From positions 1 through 52,774 of the forward strand of contig JBBAGC010000001.1 in the NCBI GenBank assembly GCA_041655115.1: 52,774 bases of DNA. The letters are read 5' to 3'. Source of the DNA: Spirochaetota bacterium (GTDB taxonomy: Bacteria; Spirochaetota; UBA4802; UBA5550). The notes under the pieces are model-generated. The model saw nothing but the letters and a program-made list of their open reading frames with translations, did not search any database and was not told the origin of the DNA. Of the stretch, positions 29,583-40,512 are shown piece after piece (position 1 is the stretch's first letter; each line of letters opens with the position of its first letter). The position numbers were made by a program, and so were the translations under genes.

Positions 29583-30287
29583 TCAGTCAGATGCTACCAA
29601 GAAGGGCATTAATTCCGTCTGTGCCCGCTCGTATTCTTCGGGTACGCCGATATCAATAAACTGCTCGGTCGTCACGAACAAATCAAAAGGGGAAATGGCC
29701 ATTTTCTTAGCAAAATAATCGATTTCTAGAGAAAAAGGTCTGTACAACGGGCAATGATCAAGTTGCCCCTTATTCAAGACATAACAGCCGGCATTAATTA
29801 ATCCGGGCCCATCTAAACCTTTTTCTTCGAAACCAATGATCTTGTTCTGATCGGTTACTAATCGTCCGTATCGATTCGTATCAGCCACATACCGGCCCAC
29901 GATAATCGGCCGTCGATGATCCTGCCAGTGCCTTTCAACTTTTTCAGTTTCCAGTGCAAGGAAAGTATCACCATTGAAAATATACACATGATCGTTGCTG
30001 CATTCTTCCATTGCCAGACGTACAGCACCCCCCGTTCCCAGTGGAGACTTTTCAACCACATAGGCAAGCTCAAGACCGGAAAAATGATCGCCGAAATGCG
30101 AGATAATTGTATCAGCCATGTATCCTACTGAGAGAACAACACGACCGAAGCCATGCCGAGCCAAGTAGAGCAATACTATTTCAAGAAATGGCCGACCTGC
30201 AATCGGCGCCATCGGTTTCGGCAGATCGGGCACTGCCTTTTTCAAGCGCGTCCCAAAACCACCAGCGAGAACAATTCCTTCGTACAT
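29583..30287 (-). CDS. hddC: Sugar-1-phosphate nucleotidylyltransferase, HddC-like (D-glycero-D-manno-heptose-1-P guanylyltransferase family)
   Basis: MYEGIVLAGGFGTRLKKAVPDLPKPMAPIAGRPFLE... The gene is paired with an HddA-like kinase gene. Substrate specificity was not established. Confidence 0.6.
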   Translation of the reverse strand: MYEGIVLAGGFGTRLKKAVPDLPKPMAPIAGRPFLEIVLLYLARHGFGRVVLSVGYMADTIISHFGDHFSGLELAYVVEKSPLGTGGAVRLAMEECSNDHVYIFNGDTFLALETEKVERHWQDHRRPIIVGRYVADTNRYGRLVTDQNKIIGFEEKGLDGPGLINAGCYVLNKGQLDHCPLYRPFSLEIDYFAKKMAISPFDLFVTTEQFIDIGVPEEYERAQTELMPFLVASD

Positions 30288-30348
30288 AAATGCTCTTATT
30301 TATCAGGTTGTTGTTTTGACGGTCAGGATGTTCTCGAAAGAACCAACC

Positions 30349-31392
30349 TTATTTTCGACGCATTATGATATCACCCCATGCCGTTGCACCGCGTTTGGTG
30401 AAGTAACAATTACTCACTTGTCCTTTGAAATGCTCCAGTGTTCTAACTACGTCCATGCGCCGCTCAGGAGGAACAAAGAACATCATGTATCCTCCCCCAC
30501 CGGCCCCGGACACTTTCCCCGCCAAGGCACCGGCATCAATGGCCGCATTGTATATTTCTTCTATGTGTTGGTTTGATACTGTTCCGGCAGACTTCTTTTT
30601 GCTCTCCCATCCTTGGCGCATTGATTCCACAATGCCTTCAAAATCTGCCTTCAGCAGACATTCTTTCATGGCCAGCGCTTCACGCTTCATGCCGTGCATT
30701 GCTTCCATTGCGATTGCAGATCCTGTTTTAATGTTGTCGCTCTGATCTGCAATGATTTTCGCCGATTCGCGTGACACGCCTGTATAGAACAATATCAGCG
30801 ATGCTTCTAATTCACATATAATCCAATCCTTGATTCTCAAGGGATTAATTATGGCTCTCTCATCATGATAGAACTCCATGAAATTAAAACCGCCAAAAGC
30901 CGCAGAATATTGGTCCTGCCGTCCCCCCTGGAGTCCACAGTCAACACGTTCTATCTTAAAGGCTAGTTGGGCTATTGTATAATCATCAAGGGGGAGGTTC
31001 AGCAGTTCGACAAAAGCACGGATCATTGCTACCACAAGCGTGGAAGAAGCTCCAAGTCCCGATCCGACCGGCGCATCGCAAAAGGTACTCAATTCAAGAG
31101 GTATCGGAACACCACCGTTGTAATGCTGAATCATTTCGTTGTAAACGGCTTTGTGGAGATTAAACTTGCCGTTCAGCGCAAGCGGTTCACCGATAGCTTT
31201 CACTTTCGTCGCTTGCTGATCGGTAGCCGAAAATTTCACATAAGGGTCATCAATCGTTTCGATTATTGCATAGGCATACCGGTCGATAGTCGCATTCAGA
31301 ACGTACCCTCCATGTAAATCGCAGTAAGGTGAAACATCTGTGCCACCACCGGCCAGACCGAGCCTTAACGGTGCACGGGATCGAATGATCAT
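30349..31392 (-). CDS. hddA: GHMP-family sugar kinase, HddA-like (heptose-7-P kinase / fucokinase-like)
   Basis: MIIRSRAPLRLGLAGGGTDVSPYCDLHGGYVLNATI and a PVGSGLGASS GHMP motif. The ATG at 31392 is preceded by GAAGGGGGG. The longer ORF (to 31443) would overlap the upstream gene. Confidence 0.6.
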   Translation of the reverse strand: MIIRSRAPLRLGLAGGGTDVSPYCDLHGGYVLNATIDRYAYAIIETIDDPYVKFSATDQQATKVKAIGEPLALNGKFNLHKAVYNEMIQHYNGGVPIPLELSTFCDAPVGSGLGASSTLVVAMIRAFVELLNLPLDDYTIAQLAFKIERVDCGLQGGRQDQYSAAFGGFNFMEFYHDERAIINPLRIKDWIICELEASLILFYTGVSRESAKIIADQSDNIKTGSAIAMEAMHGMKREALAMKECLLKADFEGIVESMRQGWESKKKSAGTVSNQHIEEIYNAAIDAGALAGKVSGAGGGGYMMFFVPPERRMDVVRTLEHFKGQVSNCYFTKRGATAWGDIIMRRK

Positions 31393-31402
31393 ACGCCCCC
31401 CT

Positions 31403-32140
31403 TCAGAGTTGTGAATCATTTGTAAATGGCGGCCTCGTCTCATTGGATTTTTTCAGGGACTTCATGTCATCTGCATACTGGTTCAAGTGCAGACGCATTT
31501 CCCGACCCGGCTGCATATTTGTTTTCGTCCTGTGTCCTCCTGCTGACGCCTCAGCCCGCAAACGTTTACGAATGATCAATTCAATGCCGCACTCTGCCAC
31601 CGGTGTCATGGTCTGATCGTAACGAGGCAAGTCAAACCGGTAGGTTGAAGAAAGTTGTTCGATTTTAATAACATCCGCCGCCTGCCCAAGCTTGCGAACC
31701 AGATCCACCAGATTAATTGAGCGAGGGCTCCATGATTTTTCCTTGAAAACAGTAAAGGTCCACTTGTGATCGCGATTGAATGTACTAGGAAATACACCCT
31801 GCTCATACAGGTCTTCGTCCGGCACGGTGATAACCAGGTATCCGCCTTCGCAGAGAACCCGGAACCAGTTACGCAAACCCTCTTCGGGGTCATTAAGGTG
31901 TTCCAGGCAATGACTACTATGGACAAAATCCAGCGATTCGTCGTCAATCCCCCCAAGGAATTGAGCGTCACCGTCTTCCAAGTCCCATGTCCTGACAGCT
32001 TTTATCAGGGGAAACAATTCGCCGTACAAAGACAACGGGTCTGGCTTACCGCCGATATCCAGACCGGAACCGACAAAATATCTGCGTACAAAATTTGAAT
32101 CTGCGAGCCGACGCTGAATTGCTTTACTACATTCTTTCAT
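31403..32140 (-). CDS. Class I SAM-dependent methyltransferase
   Basis: GLDIGG...DFVHSSHCLEHLNDPEEGLRNWFRVLCEGGYLVITVP is a Methyltransf_11-like pattern. Confidence 0.7.
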   Translation of the reverse strand: MKECSKAIQRRLADSNFVRRYFVGSGLDIGGKPDPLSLYGELFPLIKAVRTWDLEDGDAQFLGGIDDESLDFVHSSHCLEHLNDPEEGLRNWFRVLCEGGYLVITVPDEDLYEQGVFPSTFNRDHKWTFTVFKEKSWSPRSINLVDLVRKLGQAADVIKIEQLSSTYRFDLPRYDQTMTPVAECGIELIIRKRLRAEASAGGHRTKTNMQPGREMRLHLNQYADDMKSLKKSNETRPPFTNDSQL

Positions 32141-32146
32141 TGTTTT

Positions 32147-32935
32147 TCACCTGCCCTTAAAGGCTCTGAACACAAAGTGCGGCCATATCTGTTCAGAATT
32201 TAAGCCATCGCGGCGAATCAACAAGTTTTCGACTACTTCGGTAGCACCAATACAACTCGATACAGTGGCGTCGTCAAACACGACATACCCTCCGTCAACC
32301 ATAAAAGGTTTCACGCCCTCGTATGAAAATTTAACTGCTGGGGCAATATCGCAATCGATATGGGCCAGACTGACTCTTTGCGCCTGATTCATCACAGCTT
32401 CATTGGTATCTTCAAAGAAACCTTTTACCAGTATCAAATTATCCAGTTTCAGCTCATCAATCCGTGATTGTAATTGATTGAAATCGGCATCTGAGAAATC
32501 CCCTGCATTGTGCGCATCCACAGTTTTATCAGTCGGCGGCATGCCGACAAAACTATCCAGGGCAAAAACCTTCGTCCCCGGATACAGTTTTTTAACGACA
32601 TAGGCCATAAAAATCGCGCTGCCGCCGCGATATGCTCCATATTCCACGATATGCCCGGATGGGATCTTCTCTAAAAAAAACCGCAGAATAAGATAAATAT
32701 TCATTCTGTTCTCTTCGCTCATAATCGTTCTGTCCCTGGCGACATCGAGCGCTTCTTGATACAAGGGATCCGCCAGAATTTTTTCCTTTAATCCGCCGAA
32801 CTGAAGGCCCCAGCCACGCTGATAACCTTCATACACATTTCGTCCGTTTCTTATGCCATCAACTAATCCCTGCAACTCAGGAAGATAAGATACGTGCGGG
32901 ACAGACTGCCGGGCAAATATCTTTTTAAAAATCAT
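32147..32935 (-). CDS. TylF/MycF/NovP-family sugar O-methyltransferase
   Basis: HIVEYGAYRGGSAIFMA...ALDSFVGMP...LAHIDCD...GGYVVFDD is typical of macrocin-O-methyltransferase-like enzymes. Confidence 0.75.
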   Translation of the reverse strand: MIFKKIFARQSVPHVSYLPELQGLVDGIRNGRNVYEGYQRGWGLQFGGLKEKILADPLYQEALDVARDRTIMSEENRMNIYLILRFFLEKIPSGHIVEYGAYRGGSAIFMAYVVKKLYPGTKVFALDSFVGMPPTDKTVDAHNAGDFSDADFNQLQSRIDELKLDNLILVKGFFEDTNEAVMNQAQRVSLAHIDCDIAPAVKFSYEGVKPFMVDGGYVVFDDATVSSCIGATEVVENLLIRRDGLNSEQIWPHFVFRAFKGR

Positions 32936-32939
32936 CTTT

Positions 32940-35900
32940 TTAGCCCTTTACGGCACGAATGTAGTGCTGCCCGGGTCCGAGGTGTCCATATACCTCTGAC
33001 CAGTAAAAATGCAATGCGGCTTCGCTGAAGCCCGCTCTTTTTATATCATCGACGAATTGCCAACCAAAATCAGTAAATACAAGCGATCCATCATCGGATA
33101 CCGGGTTGCCATGAAAAACAGGCGGGAGAATATAATTCACATTGCCATCAATAATTTTGGCACGACACACGCTATCTTCCCTGTCCAGATGAAAGGGAAC
33201 AGTCATCAACAGTTCGCCCCCCGGTTTCAGTACCCGGCACATCTCCCGCAAGGCTTTAATCGGGCTTGTAACATGTTCAAGAACATCGTTGCTGATAATA
33301 ATATCAAATCTTCCACTTTCAAAGCTTAGTTTTTCCGCATCTTCGTGTCTTATTCCCTTTACAATTTTCCCCGGCGTCAGTTCCGCACCCAAATACTCAC
33401 TGCCGGTATAGAGTGCCCGCGGCAAGCAATCGTTCAGACATTTATAAACAGGCGTAACCTGTTCCATAAGATACACTGCCGGCATCCTGTCGCGAAAAGA
33501 TTGAATAGTTCGACACGCTTGAAACACAATCATTCTTTGTCGGTTATTCAAGCCACAACTCGAACAAACCAGACGCTCGCGCCAATTGGGTATCCACACA
33601 CCTCGATCTTCAACAGCACCGCATTGCTGATCCACCAAATACTCTACTTCACGATCACAAACTCTGCAGTAACCCAGCAGATGGTAGGCTGCTACGCCAC
33701 TATTCTCCATGGCGATGCGCCGCTCCGTCGCGCAGCAATCCTGAAATTCCTGAGAAATCGACCAGTCATCATATTCAGTTTTGGTTGAGGCAGTTAAAAT
33801 AACTTCCAGTAAATCTCCGGTCTGATCCATGCATATTACCCCATCGGATCTATTCGGTGACACCTCATTAAGGGGCTTGCGTACTATCTTGCTGCTATCG
33901 ACTCCGATATCTTTCAGCAACGCTTCAACCGTATTGATACCGGCTTCCAGCGAGTAATTGCGTCGCACAAAATCCAGGCCGCCCCGTGAGCAGGAATTCC
34001 ACAGTTCCGCATCTTGATACAGGCGCACAACTGTATCGGCGAAATCCGAAGGTTCATCCGCTACTATTACGCCATCGCCTTTCATCAAGTCCATTCCCTC
34101 AGCGCCGATCGTAGTTGCAACGCAGGGCAATCCGTAGCTCAGGCTGGTGCCGATTTTCCCCTTAATCCCGGAGCCGTAGCGCATGGGTGCCACACTCATA
34201 CGGCAATAATCAAATATCTCTCTCAGATCCTCGACGTAACCAACCACTTTTATGTTGTCATCTGCCAGAGCCAGCACTTCGGCGGGTGGGCGACTGCCTA
34301 CAATGTAAAAAGCGATTTCCGGCAATTGCTGTCGAATCAATGGAAATATCTCGTTTACAAACCAACACACACCATCAATGTTCGGCCGATGTTGAAAACC
34401 CCCAACAAACACTATATCGCGACGTTCTTCGCCGGGTGTCTTTGTTCCGGGCGCAGCTATGGCCCATGAAAAAAGATAAATATTGCTTTTTCGCATTTTC
34501 CCTGTCAGTTCAGCGTCCAGCAGTTCCTTCTCAGTTGAACTATGGACGATGGTAGCATCCGCAGCCTGAATAATGCGCATTTCTCGTTTTCGTGTCTTTT
34601 CCGCCGCTCGACGCAAATCATCAGAATCAACCAGTTCTGCCTCGCGTAGTTCTCTCAGATGGTGCAGATCAGATGTATGAAATACTAATTTCGCATTGGG
34701 GCAGTATTTACGAATTGCCGCCAAATTACGTTCCGCCGACAATAGTCGAAAAACGACAACAACATCATATTGTTCCCCGTTTTGAGACAAATACCGATCG
34801 ATCGACGTGACATGCGGTGCATACAGACACTCTATCCCGATCCGTTGGAGATCTTCTGTATAAGGTTCCATGAAAAGAAAATTGTCTTCCGGGACAAAGG
34901 TTACCTTGAAGTCCAATCCCTGCAAGATGCGCATGAGATTCAGTGCCGTGATTGAACCGGCATCCTGGTCAGGGGTTGGTGTGCAATGATCCAGCACCAA
35001 GGCGCGGCCACTTACTCTGCGGTCTTTTTCCTGTTCAGGGTTCACTCCCGGAACACCATGTCCCACAATCATTTCTTTCCAACGAGCAAAAAGCTTATTT
35101 GCATTCTCCACCTGGTACGCCTTAACGCCCGAAGAAACCTCAGTGCCGGATGTGATTCCTTCGAAGTGGATCACCTCGGACAGGGGTTGATACAGCACCC
35201 GATAGCCGGCTTGACGGACACGGAAAGCAAGATCGGAGTCCTCTCCATAGGCAGGCAAATAATGCTCGTCAAAACCGCCCAGACGGTCGAAAAGCTCTTT
35301 AAGAATCATCAAAGACGCGCCGGAGCAGTAATCCACGTCGCGAAGGTAGTTGAACTCAGGTCTGCTTGGGTCCTGCAACCGCCCATAATTCCAGCCCGAC
35401 CCATCCTGCCAGATAATGCCTCCAGCTTCCTGCAGGCGGCCGTCGGGATAGACCAGCTTCGAGCCGACCAGCCCGGCCTGGGGAACGCAGTTAAAAGTAT
35501 TTACTAATTCATCCAGCCAGCCGCTCCTGACGACTGTATCGTTGTTTAATATGACAACAAGTTTGCCGCGTGCCCTCTTTACGCCGCGATTACAGGATTT
35601 GATAAAACCGAGATTCCTTCTGTTGCGAACAATGTGTAACCCCTTTATGTTCTTTAACATATCCAGTGTGTTGTCGGGTGATCGATCATCAACGACAATT
35701 ACTTCAAAGCTGTAATGAGATCGATGCGATCTGAGTGACCGTAGACATTGATAAGTGTACTCGACCTTTCCGAAAACCGGGATTACGATAGAAACTGTTG
35801 GTTTATCGGGGCACAAGAGGTCGAAAGGTTCACCTGGAGAGGTAGGTTCACCATATTTGTATTGTGATTGGGTTGCACCGGGTAGTTGAGTTTTCCATAA

Positions 35901-36953
35901 ACTATATGAAAGGGTATGCGAAAAAATGCCGGGGAAAAATCTGTACAAAAAACTTTTTAGTCGATTCTTCGTTAACGTGGAAACCGGAAGGTGGCTATAA
36001 ATTGCTCGGAACAAAACGACAATAATTTCTTTGGACTGATTCACAATGTAACGCCACATGCCTGCGATGCGGCGTATCGGGGCGGTCATTTTCCATGAAC
36101 GGGAACGGTATATGTCGTTAATGGTCGCATTGAGCCGATCAATCTCTTGCCTTGCCGTTTGACGTTCGCTTTCCAGAAAATCATTCAGCCTATGGATTTC
36201 TTCAGATGTGCTCTTACGTTCATAATACAGAACTCTTAGGAGCCCTTCAGCCGCGACCGAATTCCCCAGAATTCTGTAGAGAGTGAGGATTTTATCGGTT
36301 GTTTCTTCATCGCTACCGAATAACTCGGGAAGAATTTCAGCAGCATGTTTCCCGTAAGCGAGCACGCCCAACCCGTTGGAATGCTGAAACGCAAAAGAGG
36401 GATATTCGATCTTCAACTCATCCCATAATTTCCAGACGCCAAAATCGCCCTCATGTACAGCAATATCGTGCAGCAGAATGACTCCGCGATCACTCATCTT
36501 GAGTTTCCAGTTGTCAAAGTCATGCCGGACGGCCTCATAGGTATGCAACCCGTCTATATGAAGCAGATCAATGGAACCATCGGGAAACCGGGGAACCGCA
36601 TCGTCAAACGTAGATTGAATCAGGAGTGAGAAATGCCCATACTGCTGATCATGTTTCTCACGCAATTCCTCAAAAACTTCTTCTCCATAGTAGCCGGAAT
36701 GTTCATCGCCTGCCCACGTATCAACGGCAAAACACCGTGTCGGCAATTTGAAACGGGAAACAGCTTCGCAGAAAACGAAGTACGAATCCCCTTTGTGTAC
36801 TCCCAATTCGACCAGATTTCGAGGCATTAATTGCCGGACCAGCATAAATGCAAAGGGTATATGCCCATGCCATGAAATAATCTCACCGGTTGTGCGAGGC
36901 GACCAGTCATCAGGCTTAAATATAGATAATTCCAGAAAGCGGTTTGATTTCAT
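32940..36953 (-). CDS. 1337-aa multidomain glycan assembly protein: N-terminal methyltransferase, coiled coil, GT2, GT4-like GT, then zinc-ribbon plus a C-terminal methyltransferase
   Basis: Domains by residue number:
- aa 40-170: [10 protein letters not shown]...[13 protein letters not shown]...VILLHD (methyltransferase)
- aa about 235-290: heptad-rich, charged segment
- aa 386-600: [13 protein letters not shown]...[10 protein letters not shown]...[11 protein letters not shown] (GT2)
- aa 850-960: VGGF...[30 protein letters not shown] (Glycos_transf_1)
- aa 1096-1135: CxxC...CxxC
- aa 1215-1255: [13 protein letters not shown]...[12 protein letters not shown] (methyltransferase). Confidence 0.75.
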   Translation of the reverse strand: MKSNRFLELSIFKPDDWSPRTTGEIISWHGHIPFAFMLVRQLMPRNLVELGVHKGDSYFVFCEAVSRFKLPTRCFAVDTWAGDEHSGYYGEEVFEELREKHDQQYGHFSLLIQSTFDDAVPRFPDGSIDLLHIDGLHTYEAVRHDFDNWKLKMSDRGVILLHDIAVHEGDFGVWKLWDELKIEYPSFAFQHSNGLGVLAYGKHAAEILPELFGSDEETTDKILTLYRILGNSVAAEGLLRVLYYERKSTSEEIHRLNDFLESERQTARQEIDRLNATINDIYRSRSWKMTAPIRRIAGMWRYIVNQSKEIIVVLFRAIYSHLPVSTLTKNRLKSFLYRFFPGIFSHTLSYSLWKTQLPGATQSQYKYGEPTSPGEPFDLLCPDKPTVSIVIPVFGKVEYTYQCLRSLRSHRSHYSFEVIVVDDRSPDNTLDMLKNIKGLHIVRNRRNLGFIKSCNRGVKRARGKLVVILNNDTVVRSGWLDELVNTFNCVPQAGLVGSKLVYPDGRLQEAGGIIWQDGSGWNYGRLQDPSRPEFNYLRDVDYCSGASLMILKELFDRLGGFDEHYLPAYGEDSDLAFRVRQAGYRVLYQPLSEVIHFEGITSGTEVSSGVKAYQVENANKLFARWKEMIVGHGVPGVNPEQEKDRRVSGRALVLDHCTPTPDQDAGSITALNLMRILQGLDFKVTFVPEDNFLFMEPYTEDLQRIGIECLYAPHVTSIDRYLSQNGEQYDVVVVFRLLSAERNLAAIRKYCPNAKLVFHTSDLHHLRELREAELVDSDDLRRAAEKTRKREMRIIQAADATIVHSSTEKELLDAELTGKMRKSNIYLFSWAIAAPGTKTPGEERRDIVFVGGFQHRPNIDGVCWFVNEIFPLIRQQLPEIAFYIVGSRPPAEVLALADDNIKVVGYVEDLREIFDYCRMSVAPMRYGSGIKGKIGTSLSYGLPCVATTIGAEGMDLMKGDGVIVADEPSDFADTVVRLYQDAELWNSCSRGGLDFVRRNYSLEAGINTVEALLKDIGVDSSKIVRKPLNEVSPNRSDGVICMDQTGDLLEVILTASTKTEYDDWSISQEFQDCCATERRIAMENSGVAAYHLLGYCRVCDREVEYLVDQQCGAVEDRGVWIPNWRERLVCSSCGLNNRQRMIVFQACRTIQSFRDRMPAVYLMEQVTPVYKCLNDCLPRALYTGSEYLGAELTPGKIVKGIRHEDAEKLSFESGRFDIIISNDVLEHVTSPIKALREMCRVLKPGGELLMTVPFHLDREDSVCRAKIIDGNVNYILPPVFHGNPVSDDGSLVFTDFGWQFVDDIKRAGFSEAALHFYWSEVYGHLGPGQHYIRAVKG

Positions 36954-37558
36954 CTCATACCCACTGTCATTGCACGGTGCCTCAAGCTTCGTACCGCCCT
37001 CATTTTAATGTTCTGCCAGAACCCTTTGTCCGGTTTTCGGCAAACCAACATGGAATCATGCCACCAGTCGCTCCCGTCCTCGTAGCCCTCATCCGACCAC
37101 TGTGTGGAAACTTCAATCACTTCAAGGTGCGCGAATTTCGCCAGTGAGCGCATACCGTCAGGGTAAAATCGCCAGCAATCCAAAGGATATCTGTGTTCCG
37201 GACCACTGGATGGCGCCAGGATGCAACATATGCCGGCCGGTTTTAGCACCCGTGCAATTTCCAGCATTGTTATCCAGAAATACTCGATATGCTCGAACGC
37301 CTGGCCGGAAATGACCACGTCTGCTGAGTTGTCTGTAATTTCTCGCCAAACATATGGTGTGTGTAATACTACATCCACATTATCGCCTTGTGCCATGTCA
37401 ATACCGATATACATCCACTTCGGCTTATGAAACAAAGAACGATATGAACCATTTACATCCTGGCTTCCCAGATCGTAAATGCGCAGAGAGACATCTTCTT
37501 TTCCCGAAAGATACCTCCGGCAAAAATCTTCCATCTTCTTAAATGAACTGGCGTGCAT
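36950..37558 (-). CDS. Class I SAM-dependent methyltransferase
   Basis: [11 protein letters not shown]...[15 protein letters not shown]...[12 protein letters not shown]. An ATGA overlap links it to the 1337-aa gene. Confidence 0.7.
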   Translation of the reverse strand: MHASSFKKMEDFCRRYLSGKEDVSLRIYDLGSQDVNGSYRSLFHKPKWMYIGIDMAQGDNVDVVLHTPYVWREITDNSADVVISGQAFEHIEYFWITMLEIARVLKPAGICCILAPSSGPEHRYPLDCWRFYPDGMRSLAKFAHLEVIEVSTQWSDEGYEDGSDWWHDSMLVCRKPDKGFWQNIKMRAVRSLRHRAMTVGMR

Positions 37559-37572
37559 ATTCAGTTTGATTG

Positions 37573-38355
37573 TCAGTCTGGCAAGCGATAGATCCAGGCA
37601 TCAGGCCAATAAGTCAATTCTTCTATGACGTGCTCATTCCCGCACAGTGCGGGCGGACGTTTGATAACAAATTCAGGGTGAGCGGCTACAAACTCACGAG
37701 CAGCCGTAGCCGGATTATCATCGATCCATTCAGCCTTCCCCCATGGCGTGTCTGCAAGGTGTTGCATTACACCATCAGCGGCAACTATATATGATCCCGG
37801 TGTAACCATGTCTGCATATGCATTAAGCTCCTCCATCACATGAGATTTTGAATGATCGCTGTCAAGGAAAACAAAAACCTTGCTGTCTGATTTGGTATGT
37901 TCCCGTACCTTTTCCACCACCGCAGTCGACGTGGAATCTCCTTGTATCAAAGTGATCAGATCTCCAAAAGGACTTTGCTCTATTCTCGCCCGCAAATCCG
38001 CCGGTACGACAATATCAACCGAAACGACACGTCCTTTACCAAGCAGACGACATAGGGTTGCAAAAAAAATTGAACTTCCTCCTTGACTAACTCCGGTTTC
38101 GACGATTACATCCGGCCTAAGGGCAACAATTATCTCCTGAAGTCGCAGCAGATCATCCGGAAATTGCCAGACAGGAAAGCCAAACCAGGAAAAGGTTTGC
38201 CAGTGCAACTGGTTCCATTCCTGTTTAATCCAGATACTGGAAAGCAATCTGAATCCTTCTTGCGAGTAAAGCGGGATATCTACTTCGTTGCCACCATTTC
38301 TGGTTTGAATGATGAGTTCATCGGTATCAATTATGATTTTCACAGTATTCCTCAA
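37573..38355 (-). CDS. CmcI / cephalosporin-hydroxylase-family SAM-dependent methyltransferase, copy 2
   Basis: FSWFGFPVWQFPDDLLRLQEIIVALRPDVIVETGVSQGGS parallels the protein encoded at 14572-15378. The start is a TTG at 38355, or possibly a GTG four codons downstream. Confidence 0.7.
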   Translation of the reverse strand: MRNTVKIIIDTDELIIQTRNGGNEVDIPLYSQEGFRLLSSIWIKQEWNQLHWQTFSWFGFPVWQFPDDLLRLQEIIVALRPDVIVETGVSQGGSSIFFATLCRLLGKGRVVSVDIVVPADLRARIEQSPFGDLITLIQGDSTSTAVVEKVREHTKSDSKVFVFLDSDHSKSHVMEELNAYADMVTPGSYIVAADGVMQHLADTPWGKAEWIDDNPATAAREFVAAHPEFVIKRPPALCGNEHVIEELTYWPDAWIYRLPD

Positions 38356-38504
38356 TTGGCTTACTTGTTCGATTCCTCTGAAGTATTCGTTGCTCTTTGG
38401 ATTTTACGAATGCATTGTTCGGGCGACATACCATCTACATAGCACATGTGTTGGTTTGATATGTCCTGACAGAATGATCCTGAGTTTGATGGAAAATTTG
38501 TTGG

Positions 38505-40484
38505 TTAATGACAACTACCACTATTTTCCTCCATAGCACATGATCCCGTTTTCAGAAAGTATTCATTATGTTTTTCCTTTAACATAAGGCCCATGTACTG
38601 TGCAGCCGGAACGCTGAAGTGGTGGCGGTCATAGGTGAACAGTTTTCCCCCAAACATCAATGGACAGTCACTGACAGAATCTCCACGACAGAGTAGCTCC
38701 CTCTTGCTTATGAAGATAACTTGAAGTGTTGAAGCAAGTGTTTTGAGCTCATCATCAAAAGCAAAACTATGCCAATCCATATTTGTTTCATAATGGGCAT
38801 TCATTTCCATATTTCCATCCCGAATAACCATTTCAGGAACATCCTCTTTAAAAAACATATAATTGCCAAGCACAATAATCGGGATATTTGTCTGATTTCT
38901 TATGCACATAATGGTGCGCTTCAAGTTTTCCGGTCTATACCAACTGAAAACGGTATTAATAATTATGAGATCCGCATGGGATAGCTGACCTTGATACAAT
39001 AATCTTTCATTTCGTTTGATACAGCCCTCACGATCTGGATGCTTCGCAGTGAGCAGTTTGTAATCTTCCCGGACTAGGGGAGGACATCCCGCTAATCCAT
39101 GTACTTCGTAATGGTACTCTGGATAGTGTGCGGCTAACGCATTCAAGGCATCAGGCGCGTGACTATCACCGATTATAATCACAGTAAAACCTTTCTTCGG
39201 TGTACCAACTACAATACTTTGGTTTACGGAGCTCATTTCATGAACGAGCTTAAAGCGGGCCTTTTTTTCTGCTTCCGCTTCTTTCGAAAACCTTGTCAAT
39301 TCATCAGGGAACCTCCATGCCCAGCCGTTTCCGGCACTTATCATCATCGACACAGTAAACAAACATACCATACCGCCTGCTGATAATTTCATAAAATCAG
39401 CGAACGATCTGGTATTCTTTTTTTCTGATTGACTGCTTATCCTAAAGGGATTTTCGACAAACCTATACATGGCAACTGCTGTTATTACAGAAACCACAAT
39501 AATGGATATTCTTCCAACCACTCCCGGATCGCATCCGTGCCACTGTCGAAAGAATACAAAGAGGGGCCAGTGGACAAGATATAAAGAATATGAGATACGT
39601 CCCAAACCAACAAACAAGCGGTTAGACAGCAAGGGTTGTGCAATTTTACTTTCACTACCAAACCGAATCAGCAGAACAGCCCCTAGACAGGGAACCAACG
39701 CCATTAGCCCAGGGAATCGTGTTGCGTCTGAATAGGTGAAAACAGCATAAAAAAACAGTATGAAACCGGACAAAGCAAGAGTATTGCGAATCCATCCAGC
39801 AGCTGTTAGTCGGAATGGGACCAATGCACATACGGCACCCACCGTAAATTCCCCGATACGGAATGGCATTAAATAGAAAGCACCTGATGGATCTTTAACG
39901 ATCGCAATTTCTGCCACAATAAAAGACAGAACCCCAACTGCCGTCAGTACAACAACACTATTTCTGGTGTTTCTTAACAATCGGACGAGAAGAGCGATCA
40001 GGACCGGCCAGATGAGATAATACTGAAATTCTACTGCAAGTGCCCATGTATGCAATAAAGGTTTTTGAATCGCTGATGCTTCAAAATATCCGGACTGGCT
40101 CCAAAAATAAAAGTTGGACACTGAAAAAATCGATGCAATTGCACTTTCGCTTGTATGTTTCAGGTCAGCGGGGGAAGAAAAAATAATGCCAGCTGTTAAA
40201 GTGAGCGCAATGGTGAAGAAAAGAGCCGGGACAATGCGGCTGATCCTCCTGCCATAAAACGTCTGAAACGAAAAAACCTCCTTCTGTATCTCTGGAAAGA
40301 CATTACGCGTTATCAGGTAGCCGCTGATAACAAAAAAAACATCCACGCCGACAAAGCCTCCGGCAAAGCACGGCAATAACTTAAAGTGAAATGCCAAAAC
40401 TGCCATAACAGCGAAGGCTCGTAAACCTTCGATGTGCGGTAAAAACAAAGAGTCTGCTTTTATGTTTGACTGAGAGCTACGCAA
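38505..40484 (-). CDS. Acyltransferase-3 (OafA/OatA-like) membrane O-acyltransferase with a C-terminal SGNH-like domain
   Basis: IEGLRAFAVMAVLAFHF at the N terminus, about 10 predicted hydrophobic segments, then a soluble C-terminal region of about 270 aa. The ORF appears to start at a TTG. Confidence 0.75.
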   Translation of the reverse strand: MRSSQSNIKADSLFLPHIEGLRAFAVMAVLAFHFKLLPCFAGGFVGVDVFFVISGYLITRNVFPEIQKEVFSFQTFYGRRISRIVPALFFTIALTLTAGIIFSSPADLKHTSESAIASIFSVSNFYFWSQSGYFEASAIQKPLLHTWALAVEFQYYLIWPVLIALLVRLLRNTRNSVVVLTAVGVLSFIVAEIAIVKDPSGAFYLMPFRIGEFTVGAVCALVPFRLTAAGWIRNTLALSGFILFFYAVFTYSDATRFPGLMALVPCLGAVLLIRFGSESKIAQPLLSNRLFVGLGRISYSLYLVHWPLFVFFRQWHGCDPGVVGRISIIVVSVITAVAMYRFVENPFRISSQSEKKNTRSFADFMKLSAGGMVCLFTVSMMISAGNGWAWRFPDELTRFSKEAEAEKKARFKLVHEMSSVNQSIVVGTPKKGFTVIIIGDSHAPDALNALAAHYPEYHYEVHGLAGCPPLVREDYKLLTAKHPDREGCIKRNERLLYQGQLSHADLIIINTVFSWYRPENLKRTIMCIRNQTNIPIIVLGNYMFFKEDVPEMVIRDGNMEMNAHYETNMDWHSFAFDDELKTLASTLQVIFISKRELLCRGDSVSDCPLMFGGKLFTYDRHHFSVPAAQYMGLMLKEKHNEYFLKTGSCAMEENSGSCH

Positions 40485-40512
40485 AACTTTCGCCTTTTTT
40501 AACTGGTGCTTA

